Shown piece after piece: positions 1-10,695 of a DNA stretch of 34,059 nucleotides. How positions within the stretch are numbered: the first letter of the stretch is position 1; every line of letters begins with the position of its first letter. The notes beneath the pieces are model-generated. The model had not been told where the DNA came from. It made no database searches and saw nothing but the letters and a program-made list of their open reading frames with translations. The translations under genes were made by a program, and so were the position numbers. Source of the stretch: Catajapyx aquilonaris (lineage: Eukaryota); assembly GCA_000934665.2 (NCBI GenBank), contig KZ538015.1, forward strand, positions 124,001-158,059, given 5' to 3'.

Positions 1-523
1 AATGTTCTGTGCAAATTACGGACATCATTTCTACTAAAAGTACAGTAGAATCATATGGGCCATACCTTCCCATTGCAGCAAACAGTCGCCTAACATCTAC
101 TCTGGAAGCCTCCTACAATGCATACATGTCATCCAGATCATCCCTACGCTGCAGGTCCCCAAACATGCAGTACATTATACCCCGACCACTCTCAGCTGCG
201 GCCATCAACTGCAGCAGACACTTGGACGTGGATGGCCGTGAAACACGCCACAACCCCAGCAGTTCCCTGTAGCCACACCCGAGGGCTGCCCCTGGGACGA
301 CTCGTGGGCAAAACCCGACGTAAACTTTCCCTGCAGCATTCCCTCCCCTTACATCTCCCTGTTTCCCTTGGACATCACATATTATATGGAATGCAGGCAG
401 CAGCTTGTTCGATTCTTCCCACTTTGGAATCAGCTCGGGAGGAATGTGACGTCTCGTGATGCTCACCACGCCATCCGCAACCTCTGGATATGACAATCCC
501 CAACAATTAAGTCTGTGGCTCAC
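1..523 (-). pseudogene. PARG: Decayed poly(ADP-ribose) glycohydrolase (PARG) catalytic-domain fragment, frameshifted and internally deleted; may run off the left edge
   Basis: Minus-strand frames give DGVVSITRRHIPPELIPKWEESNKLLPAFHI (cf. PARG [29 protein letters not shown]) and KVYVGF (cf. KAYCGF). A shifted frame gives GVATGNCWGCGVFHGH (cf. VATGNWGCGAFGG), then KCLLQLMAAAESGRGIMYCMFGD (cf. [23 protein letters not shown]). There are frameshifts and an in-frame stop at 113-115. Comparison is to PARG sequences recalled from memory. Confidence 0.78.
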
Positions 524-536
524 TTTTGCTTGTTAA

Positions 537-781
537 GGCCGCATTTACATCTGAGAAATTAGCTTCGCTGAACAATTAAACCAATTGTTTGGGGCAAAAG
601 TAACACAACAATAAACTTTTGCCCCAAACAATTGGTTGCATAGCTCAGTGATGCTCGTCGCTGTACGACGAAACCAATATTATTGTTTGGGGTTAATTGT
701 TAATTTGTTCTCGCAATTGTTACTTTCATCCGAAACAATTGGTTTTGTCTCGGAGCAAATCGGTCACATGTAAATGCGACC
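537..781. mobile_element. PIF/Harbinger-type (Tourist-like) MITE, 245 bp
   Basis: 14-bp TIRs GGCCGCATTTACAT (537-550) and ATGTAAATGCGACC (768-781, 1 mismatch). TAA lies on both sides (534-536, 782-784). An internal inverted repeat reads AACCAATTGTTTGGGGCAAAA...TTTTGCCCCAAACAATTGGTT. Confidence 0.85.
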
Positions 782-3700
782 TAAAACATGTTGAAGCAAC
801 GAAGAGCTAGTTATTAGCTCTAGGTGCAACATTAAGCTGCGTTTACATGTGAGTGAATTATTAGCGAAATTGAAAAGTATTATGTGAAAATTAAAATATG
901 GATGGGGTCCTAAAAGACACACATCAGTTGGTGTAACTTTCAGGCATACCACACTGTTCCAGGGTTAAACAACCAAAACCTTACATTCTTCTGCATTTCT
1001 ATTTTTTTTACAGTTCTTTGAAACTAGGGAGGTTTATTATGTCGACACCCTGTATTTTCTATCCCCCCCAAAAAAGTGTACCTGACTGATTTGAGATCTC
1101 CGGCCCCTCAATTGTATCCCAGTTCGAAAACCACCGACTTTGAGAATATTCTGCTGTGATCCCACACTGCGAAAGAGTGATTTGACGTCTGACGACCACC
1201 TGATGGCACACCACTCTTTACAGTATATATGAGTTGGGGCCAGTTCGCCTTGGGGATTAGTTGGCTCCTGCGGAGTCAGTGGATCATCCCAAGGCTCCCA
1301 ATAAGTGGACGTAGGCACAACTTCCAAGAGCTGCTCGTTAGGACAGGTGCTTGGTAATCCCCATCCTCCTAAAATTCAACCAGCAATGTTTAAATTGCTG
1401 CGAAAATGGCTCCCAAATTCACCAAAATATGTTCCCAACATGTGTACGAAGTTGGTGGTCAACAGAGACCAACCGTGAAAGGGTATAGCCAATTGTGTAT
1501 TCTTTATACCAGGGTGGACCGGACAAGAGATGCAGGTAATTGGATTGTACACTGTTGGCTGTCAGTTTGTGGCAACTCCAAGTGCCAACTGAACCTTTAT
1601 TGATTGTCAACAACACATTGGTTGGCACAACTGGCAACCAACAATACAATCCAATTAATACCTACGGGTCCAGACTGTGTCCAGATGATGTCTTCATCAA
1701 TCAGAAGCATGTTGGCGATGCTTTAAAAGTCTTGCATGTAAAAATGATATTTCCCCTCCCACATCCTGCTCATTTTCGTTGGTAGCCGAAGCAGGAGATA
1801 TTTCGAAACATGCAGGAATTTGTGCCTATTTCCAGGTTTCCTTTCTGCATGACCCTATTGTTTCATTTTGGATGCAGGTACAAAAAAAAAGTAAGTATGT
1901 GAGAATTTGCAAAGGTGATTGGCCGTTGCTGCCTGCTGCACTGTTATCGTGTGATTCATATCAACATCCTGGTATAATGGCAACGGCGAGATGACATCCG
2001 TACACATTACCTGTGGGAGACTCGAACGCTCGCTTCATCGACTGGGGAGACAGGCTGGATTCTCCTAGTGGGACCTGACTGGATCGAACCATCCGAAGAT
2101 CACTGCACAAGGGCAAAGTACAGTTGAGCTGAAATGGAGCAGGGGGTTGGAGGTAGATGAATGGCAGATACCAGGCATTGAATTGCTTAGCGACCTCCGG
2201 ATCATCACGTCTGGGACTTGCATAGGCTACGTCTCATTAAAAAATATTTTTCCTCAACAGGCCATGATCTGGAGACTCCTTTCATCATGAGCGGCCTGGA
2301 GGAAGTGGTGAGGGCCATAAACATCACCAAAGCCCCTCAACATGAGAAGCTTCACCACATTGCTGTTTGAAGATTCCATCTGCATCTTCCACAGGGCTAC
2401 GGGGAAGACCAGTGCCTCCTGATCTGTGGTCTCTCTGCCAAGGCCGTTGAGAGGACTGGTTTGGAAGCCCATGTCGTCAACTGGTCATTAGGACGGGCTT
2501 GAGACATAACCTGGAAAAGACTGAAGGGACATTCCTGTTTAACGGTTTTTTCTATGAAAGCTAACATGTCTCCCTAGTTTTGGAGATTTACCTGGATCAG
2601 GCCTCGTCACCTGACTGCAGGACCAAATAGTTTTTGGTGCGATCCTTCCCATTACTGAGGAGGAAGAAGGACACTGCGGACTGTGTCCGGGGCTGTCAGG
2701 TGAAGCACCATGGGATCTCCCTTTGCTGCTGGTCTGCGATGGCTTGCCAGCGAGGGTGCAGGAGTGGCTGGACTTCCGTTGCCATGCTGGATCTGCTGGC
2801 TCGGATGGGTAGAGGAGGGCAAAGGACAAAAGCAAAGGCGAGGAAGAAGAAGAGGATGGGCTGGCAATATACACGGGCTGGGACCGTCTTCATCATCAGG
2901 AAAGTAGTGGACTGCATGGGGATGATGGGACAGGGGGTTTAAGTGGTGATGGGTGCGTCTTGGCGTGGGTTTGGACTCTGATTGATCTTATCCTGGGTTG
3001 TCTTTCAAGTTTAGTTCACATAAGTAGTCACGTAATTTAGTCATCATACGCTGTAACTTCACTGGATTCACAACTCTGTTAATCTGACCTAGATAGCTCA
3101 CAAGTCGTGGCTCATAGTTTGTAACATGTAGCATAACATTTACTGTAACTAATTGGAATAAACATCAAGGCTCACAGGACTGCATGTTATGAGATGGGTG
3201 CAGGGCCTTACTGAGTTGGGTGACCCCAAAAGACTCGGACATGTCCCTCAGCATATGAGCAAGGTGGGCCAAGGTGGGCAGCCCCTGGGTCATATTGGCT
3301 GTAAGTTTCTTTGGACAGAATGAAAATCATCATCTTCAGCAATGCAGATTAAAATGAGGTTGGGTGTGATAACTGAACTTATAGACTGAACTTATAGACA
3401 AAAAAAATTATGTACCAAGTGAGCGGCATTGAATATGATACGGTAGAATTAAAAAATAATCGGGCAAAAAGAATGTGTGTACAAAAATGTTTGACAATGA
3501 ATGGGAGACCATTAAAAAACATGAAAAATAATTACACTGCAAACCAGAAAGTCTCCCATGTTGTAAGGCTCTTGTAATGTTCTTTTGTTGCTAATAAAAC
3601 ATTGCAAGAGCATTCAAGACGAGCCTTAAAAATTGATGTTGCATGGGAGACTCAGTATTCATGCTCTTTTAATGCTTTGATGGTGGATTTTAATGTTCTT

Positions 3701-4092
3701 GGAATGCTTTTTGTTGCCGTTTAGCAATCATAAGTCTTACAAGACCATAGAAGAACTTTAGTAGAGTACTACCAGTATTACAACAGCATTAACACTTGAT
3801 GTTCTCCATGGGAAACTCAGTTGTAATCCTCCCGATGGTATCTTCACCTTGTCGTGGTGCTGCAGCTTGCGTTTCTCCGGTCTTTCCTCTCTTCTTTTCT
3901 CTCTCTTCGTTTCTATCTCCATCTGTCCCACCTTTGCATCTTCTTATATAGCCTGATAGCCATAGTTGCTTTGGCTTCTTAATAAACCTAAACCTAAACC
4001 AAACCTCATAGTGATGCTTTTTGAATAGTGTGCTGTTCATAGTGTAGACAAAACATAATATTTCTCTACCAGGTGAAGAGCATTGATTATAT

Positions 4093-4331
4093 CAGTGGTT
4101 CCTGACCTTTTTCGGGTTGTGACCCCCTTTCATGTTAGTCAAGTCACCTCCGACCCCCCTCCCCAGTATTAGTAAAAGATTAATGTATTGTTAAAACATT
4201 AAAAAACCTTCGTGGTAAAATTACCTAACTTATTGCAAGTAAAGATTACAGTGGCCACCGTACCGACCTCCTGGAAAAGGCTTTGCGACCCCCTTGGTGG
4301 TCGCGACCCGTAGGTTGATTGGGAACCACTG
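4093..4331. mobile_element. hAT-type (Charlie-like) non-autonomous element, 239 bp
   Basis: TIRs CAGTGGTTCC (4093-4102) and GGAACCACTG (ending 4331). The 8-bp TSD is GATTATAT (4085-4092) / GATTATAA (4332-4339). Subterminal (G/C)GACCCC motifs are present. Confidence 0.85.
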
Positions 4332-4521
4332 GATTATAATGATGAAATTTAAAAAAAATATTGGACAAAAAGAATGTCTATGAAAATGTTTGACATTGAA
4401 TGTGAGTTCATAAAAATAACTAGACAAAAAAAATCACATGATAGAATAAAAAATACTTAGACAAAAAGAACTTTATGGGAACAAAAATGTTTTACAGTCA
4501 GAGGATTAATTTAAAAATTAC

Positions 4522-4712
4522 CCTTTCTTATTTTCATTTTTTCTTTTTTTGTGTTTTTTTTCCTATTTTGTTTCTTTTTTTTTCCTTTTGTTATCTTTTT
4601 TCTTTTTTGTTCATCTTTTTTCCTTTTTCTTTTTTCCTTTTTTGTTCATCTTTTTTCTTTTTTCTTTTTTTTCTTTTTTGTTCATCTTTTTTTTCTTGTT
4701 TTTCTTTTACTT
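4522..4712. repeat. T-rich low-complexity tract
   Basis: Runs of T are broken by C or G, with TTTTTGTTCATCTTTTT repeated three times. This produces spurious Phe-rich ORFs. Confidence 0.9.
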
Positions 4713-5079
4713 ATATTACAGTATATGTAATTGAGTAACATGGCACATGATAGTATAAATATAAAAATAAGAATTAGACAAAAATAGTAGGCCTATGTGT
4801 ACACAAATGTTTGACATTGAATGTGAGAGCATAATACAATAACTACACTGTAAAGCGCAAACGGGGCACAAATCATTACAGGAGCATCACATACTGAATG
4901 TGAGTTGCTCATGCAAGAGCATTGCAAGAGCATTGCAAGAGCTTTAAAAATTGATGCTCCATGGGAGATGCAGTAGTGATATCCTCTTTTAATGCTTTGC
5001 GATTTACACTGCAGACAAAAAATAATATCTGTACCAAATGAATAGCATTGACGGAGACAGAATAAAAAATAATATTATA

Positions 5080-5691
5080 CAAGGGCGTTCAAAAAGTCTT
5101 TCCACTTTATTTTTTTGCCACAAATACAGGCCTATGCAGGTTGGCAGATAGGCACTAGGCACACATTATCAATAGAATCCTCCTGAACGAAGCCGAATGC
5201 ACTGGCTCCATGGGTGTGTCAACCTCTACTAACAGGCCCTCCAGGAACCACTTTTTGGAGGTGTGGCGCACCCACTCCCGGACAACTGCTCACAGTCAAC
5301 AACTGTCATCAATAATGTCCTGAAATTGGCGTCGGTGAAGGTTTTTTTTTTCCATGGATCTGAACAGTTGAAAGTGGGTTAAGGACAGGGGATTTCCTGC
5401 GGGTGTGGAAAGCACCCATAGCCTGATCCATGAAAAAAAAAAACCTTCGCCGATGCCATTTTCAGGATATTGTTGACAGTTGTTAGTTGTGAGCAGTTGT
5501 CCGGGAAGTGGGTGAGCCGCACCTCCAAAAAGTGGTTCCAGGAGGGTCTGGAGAGGTTGCTACACACGTGGTGCCAGTGCATTCGGCTCCAGTAGGGTTA
5601 TGTCGATAATGTGTGCCTCTCTGCCGACCTGCATGGGCCCTGTATTTGTGGCAAAAAAAATAAAGTGGAAAGACTTTCTGAACGCCCCTCG
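5080..5691. mobile_element. Mariner-derived foldback element (two inverted 3' ends), 612 bp
   Basis: TA flanks both ends (5078-5079, 5692-5693). Termini are CAAGGGCGTTCAAAAAGTCTTTCCAC and, as reverse complement, CGAGGGGCGTTCAGAAAGTCTTTCCAC. Arms 5080-5360 and 5424-5691 are inverted copies. The arm translates to WFQEGLERLLHTWCQCIRLQ*GYVD, resembling the mariner transposase C-terminus (F..GI..L..RW.KC....GDYVE). Confidence 0.88.
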
Positions 5692-7564
5692 TACGTGTAC
5701 AAAAATGTTTGACATGTGTGAGAGCATAAATAAAATAACTACACTGTAAACCACAAAGCTTTAAGCAAGGCTTTAAGTAAGCATTGAGTGAGCATTAAGC
5801 ATTTAAAAATTAATGCTCTCTTAATGCTCCATGTTGACAGTAATAATGTTCCATGCAGTTCTTACATAATGCTCCATAGAAGCGTGCAGTAGTGATTTTC
5901 CTTTAATGCCTTACGATTTACAGTGCAGACATAAAATAATTTCTGTACCAAATGAGTAGCATATTGACTGAGACGGAATAAAAAATAATTAGACAAAAAG
6001 AATATATGTGTACGATAATGTTTGACATTCAATGTGAGAGCATGATAATTACTATTTTTCTTTCCTGTTTTCCCTTTTTTCATTGTTTTTTTTTTCTTTT
6101 TTTGTTATTGGGTAAACATTCTTTATGATAACAAAAATAATTAGACAAAAAGAATATGTGTAACAAATTGTTTGACATTGAATGTAGTGAGATCATAAAC
6201 ATGACTAGGCGAAAAAAAATCTCTACCAATTGATTAATAAGAAATAAAAAATAATTAGACAAAAAATCTGCATATAAAAAGGTTCGACATGGAAGATGAG
6301 AGCGTAAAAATATATTACTAGACAAAATATAATTTCTGTAGCAAGTGAGTGTAACTGACTGGGATATAATAATTAAAAAAATGGGACAAAAAGGATATTT
6401 GTGCACAAAAATGTTTGACATTCAATGTGACAGCATAAAAGTAACTACACTGTAAACCGCAAAGCATTAAGTGAGCATTAAGCTATTAAAAAACCCTCAC
6501 TTATTAACGCTCCATTTTGACAATGGTAATATAATGTTCCATACACTTCTCACTTATTAATGTGCCATATGGTATTGATGTAGTGATGCTCTTTTAATGC
6601 TTTCCAATTTACTGTGCAGACAAAATATTTTTTTTTTGCACCAAATGACACAAAATAAGAAATAATTAGACAAGAAGAATTTTGATTTCTATTGAAGCTT
6701 CGGAATTACAAAAGTTGTGAATTGCTTTTTGATTAGAATCATTGCCCTCAGCCACGTATACGAGTCAAGTTAGGGATGGTGTGACACCGGGGCTGCCCTT
6801 GGACCAGTTTGGCTGTATGTAACTTCGGATGGAAAAATTGTACTTGGACTTAATCAGACCCTAAACAAGTTTGTGCTCGAGTAGGTTGAAGGGGACTACA
6901 AGGCAGGGAACGGGAAGGAAAAGGCAGACCTTCTGGGGCTGATCTGAAAAGATTATTACTTCAAATGAGTATTAAAATGTCACTGTAACAACAATATTGT
7001 CGAGAGTACGCACCATTCAATGTACAGTTGCTGGGTTCTGAAAAATATTTCCAACAAATGTTATTGTGCCTTTGCCAAGCACATTTCAGCAATCGATGGC
7101 CAAGCCACAATAACATTCGTTGGCCTGTGGCGCACAGACAGACAGTATTGTTGGGCAGATACAGTCCAACCTCACCTTCAATGACCCGAGGGCGGCCCCT
7201 GTGCTCCTCCGAGGGCGCAAAAGGACTAGGCCAGCCATAGATGAATGTGGATCAGAGGAGCGGTAAAGAAGAAGGCCGACTCACCCGCCATTATGATTGA
7301 GACAAAGGGAATATGTTATAATTACATTTACCAACGAGCCCGCGGGAAGCGGCGCCACCAATATCCTCTATTTTTGAATTTTTGAATAAATATTTGAATT
7401 TTAAATTGAATTTCTGAATAAATAATTGAATTATACATCGAATTTTTGAATATATATTTTGATTTGATATTGGATTTTTGAATAAATATATTAATTTTAA
7501 ATTAAATTCGATTATACCAAGGATTATACACTACCCAGGAGGGTTTCGAACAATTTGAACTTTC

Positions 7565-7680
7565 CGCGCATGCAAACTTTACCAGTTTGGACCAATCAGA
7601 ATGCGTTTACACCATCCAGCATCCAGACATAGTACGCATGCGTCTGGCAAGGACGAGTTCCGATTGGCTGTGATCACGTA
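7565..7680 (+). promoter_or_regulatory. Probable promoter of the CK1 gene
   Basis: CCAAT boxes at ~7592 (CCAATCAG) and ~7662 (GATTGG). NRF1/Ewg-like CGCATGCG at ~7635 and GTTTACAC at 7605. A GA-rich, CpG-rich leader follows. Confidence 0.5.
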
Positions 7681-8046
7681 TCTTGTCTCATGTGAACGGC
7701 AAATACTTCACCTTTCGACCGCCAGTTGGCGTCAGAGTTGGAAATAAGAACAGTGGTTGGAAATAAGGCCTCCCTTTGTCTTCGGAGGATTGAGAGAGAG
7801 AGAGAGAAAAAAAAAAGGAGAAGAGAGAGAGCGAGCGAGCATGGCGGCCGTATCGGTCGGTTGCTGCTGTTCCTCTTCCTCCTGTTCCGTGGTGGCCCAC
7901 TGCCTCCCTGCGTAGTGCAAGGAACGGCCCTGGGGGTCCTCCTTCCTGGGCATCGAAGAGGGGGCGGAACCTGGGGAGGCGAGCTGGGCCTAAAGAAGAG
8001 AAAAGGAGACTCGAAAGGAAAAAGTGGGAGGAGGAGAGAAAGCGGC

Positions 8047-10695
8047 ATGGCCAACGCTTCTACCACCTCCTCCAGGACAGACGTCATCTCGGGGCTAGTC
8101 AAGGTATGGGTACAGCTGAAGCCCCACTCGCTTCAGAAAAAAAACAAAAAAAGAGGAATAAGTTGGCACCCCTGGGGCATGTGACAGGGTAGCCAATCTG
8201 GCCTGCTGTAGTTGAAAAGTCCTTACTTGAGAAAACTGGCACCCCTGGGGCAAGTGACAGGGTAGCCAATCTGGCCTGCTGTAGTTGAAAGTCCTTACTT
8301 GAGAAAAACAGTTGGCACCCCTGGTCGTGTGATACTGTTGCATGTAGTCGTGGTGCCTGCAGTTGTAAAAACGGTTGGCACCCTGCTTGTCATGTGACAC
8401 TAGACAGTTGCCTGTAGTAGTGCCTGTAGTTGACGGTTGGCACCCCTTGTGAATGTCATGTGAATGGCAGGGTTGCCAACTGTCAATGTCGACACATTCC
8501 AATTATTGTGAAAGATTGTTTACAGTGCATGATTCTCATTGCGCAATTTGCTTTGCTGCCAACTCTTTTTCTCAGCGTACAGAGAGAGAGATGGGAAAAA
8601 AAGTGTATGGGCCAAGAAAAAATGAGGTGAATAGAGTTGATTCACCTTGGCTTAATTATGCGATGAGTCATGAACATTGGATCGCTATGAATTATTAGAT
8701 CTGATGATATGCTGGGAATGCAGACTGCGACCTCGATCTGATATAAATGTAGCTGGCGACGATAACATGAACCGCATTGTACACACCGAAATGAACATAT
8801 TCGATTGTACTTTACTTTTCTCTAGAGCAGACACAAAAGGTGTTGCTGGGAACGTATAGTTGTTAGCATTATGCGGCCCATTGTGTCTGGCTGTTATTTT
8901 TAAGCTAGGTTATCAAGTGTTTGCATTGGGTGGATTTGGGAACAATGCGGCTCTTGAGATTCTTTCTCTCCCTTGCGAGGATCTGATCAATCTGTACAAT
9001 TATCGGATTGGGTATCTTGAGTGCACTCGGATGGTCTTGCGGGATTAAATTGCGCAACAGGCTCAAGTACGGGCAAGTGAAGTCCCAGCATGATCGGCCG
9101 AAATAAGGTCATATGCTGTACGTGATGTTTGGAAGAAAAGCTGCTTTTATGTGCCATTGTGCTTTTAAAAAATGAAATGGTTTCCATGCTCTGGATAACA
9201 AACAAACGTTGCTCTGTTTCTTAGGCTGTTGTTGGTGGGCAGTACCGCCTTGTGCAAAAGATAGGGAGCGGTTCCTTTGGTGACATCTACATGGGCATAA
9301 ACATCACCAACGGAGAGGTAATCCCGCAGTTGTACTTGTGGCATCGGGACTAATTCACCATTTGCATTTTTCAGAGAGTGGCTGTGAAGCTGGAGTCAAT
9401 CAAAGGAGCCCACCCGCAGCTTCTTTATGAGAGCAAGCTGTACAAATACCTTTCCAATGGGATTGGAATCCCGCAGACCAAGTATGACCTGCCACTTGTT
9501 GCACATAATATGAAGTCACTCATGATATAACTTGTTACAGATGGTACGGCCAGGAAGGTAACTACAACGTACTTGTCATGGATTTGTTGGGACCGTCCCT
9601 TGAGGATTTGTTCAACTTCTGCTCTCGACGGTTCAGCCTGAAGACGGTGCTCCTGCTTGCTGACCAAATGTTGACCCGCCTTGAGTTCCTTCACGCCAAA
9701 AGCTTTATACACAGGGACATTAAGCCGGACAACTTTGTCATGGGATCGGGCAGTCAAAGCAACAGAGTAAGCTGCCGTTAACGCCTTTCGGTGGGAGCAA
9801 GCTTATCAGTTGTCGCTTACTTCTCAGGTGTTCATGATTGACTTTGGATTGTCCAAAAAATACCGTGACAACATTAGTCGTGTGCACATTCCATACCGGG
9901 AGGATAGGAACTTGACTGGCACTGCCCGATATGCGTCCATCAATGCGCACAAGGGAATCGAGCAAGGGTAAGTGACTCCAAATGTAAGTTCGTAAAAAAA
10001 GTAACTTATGCTTTTTTGAAACAACGAGTGAACCGGTGTCATCCTTCAAGTGCACTTAATTAAAAGTACTGTTTAATCTGTCAGGCGGCGAGACGACATG
10101 GAGTCCTTGGGGTATGTCCTAATGTACTTCAATAGAGGGAGCCTTCCCTGGCAGGGACTCAAGGTGAGGATTATTTCTGGGTGGGGGAACTGCTGTAATT
10201 ACTGAAGAGGCATGTGCATAATCACTGTACTTTTGTCATGCTCTCAAAAGGCGGCTACTAAGAAGCAAAAGTATGAGAAGATTTGCGAAAAGAAGATGTC
10301 GACGCCAGTGGAGGTTCTCTGCAAGGTAACAGGTTTTTGAAAATATTGCGGTTGCGATGATCCGAGCAGTAATAGTTACAACTTTTAGTCCTGATCTGTC
10401 AATTAACAATTTTTTGATGGAAATGTTACACATGATAGTACGAGTGCCGATATAATTGTTACATGTCTTCCAGGGCTACCCGAGTGAGTTTTCCCTGTAC
10501 CTGAACTACTGCCGGAGCCTCCGTTTCGAAGAGGCCCCTGACTACATGTACCTCCGGCAGCTTCTTCGCAACATGTTTCGCAACTTCAACTACCAGTACG
10601 ACTACCTTTTTGACTGGTGCCTGAAGCAAAAGGCTCTCGAGGCAGTCAGAGGAACCCTCCAGGCCATTGCCACTCCCGGTGAGTCTCTCTCGTAG
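8047..10695 (+). CDS. CSNK1A1: Casein kinase 1 alpha-like Ser/Thr kinase (332 aa if the last donor is read through; C-terminus uncertain)
   Basis: Exons 8047-8103, 9225-9317, 9375-9481, 9541-9766, 9828-9967, 10085-10163, 10251-10325 and 10474-10695, all GT-AG and phase-consistent. Motifs include [98 protein letters not shown] and [15 protein letters not shown], which are alpha-type. Exon 1 ([19 protein letters not shown]) is less certain. A strong donor G|GTGAGT at 10679 suggests a further exon. Confidence 0.93.
8161..8482. repeat. Tandem repeat in CK1 intron 1
   Basis: Two near-identical ~73-bp units (TGGCACCCCTGGGGCA.GTGACAGGGTAGCCAATCTGGCCTGCTGTAGTTGAAAGTCCTTACTTGAGAAAA). Three shorter degenerate GTTGGCACCC units follow, then an inverted GGGTTGCCAAC at ~8470. 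Confidence 0.85.

Larger units (their letters stand above)
3395..6680. repeat. AT-rich complex dispersed/tandem repeat block with nested transposons
   Basis: The module AAAAAATAATTAGACAAAAAGAAT...AAAATGTTTGACATTGAATGTGAGAGCATAA recurs near 3450, 4350, 4770, 5700, 5980, 6130 and 6380. It is often followed by ACTACACTGTAAA...TTTACAGTGCAGAC. Boundaries are approximate. Confidence 0.8.

Noticed and set aside
833..850. TAA-GCTGCGTTTACATG, a second Harbinger-like terminus
   Set aside because: I found no matching partner TIR, so no element can be delimited.
4475..4738. Phe-rich ORFs resembling membrane proteins
   Set aside because: They are artefacts of the T-rich low-complexity tract.
7726..8184. 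152-aa ORF in frame with CK1 exon 1
   Set aside because: It starts at TTG, runs through GA-repeat leader sequence and on into intron 1. Only 8047-8103 is supported as coding.
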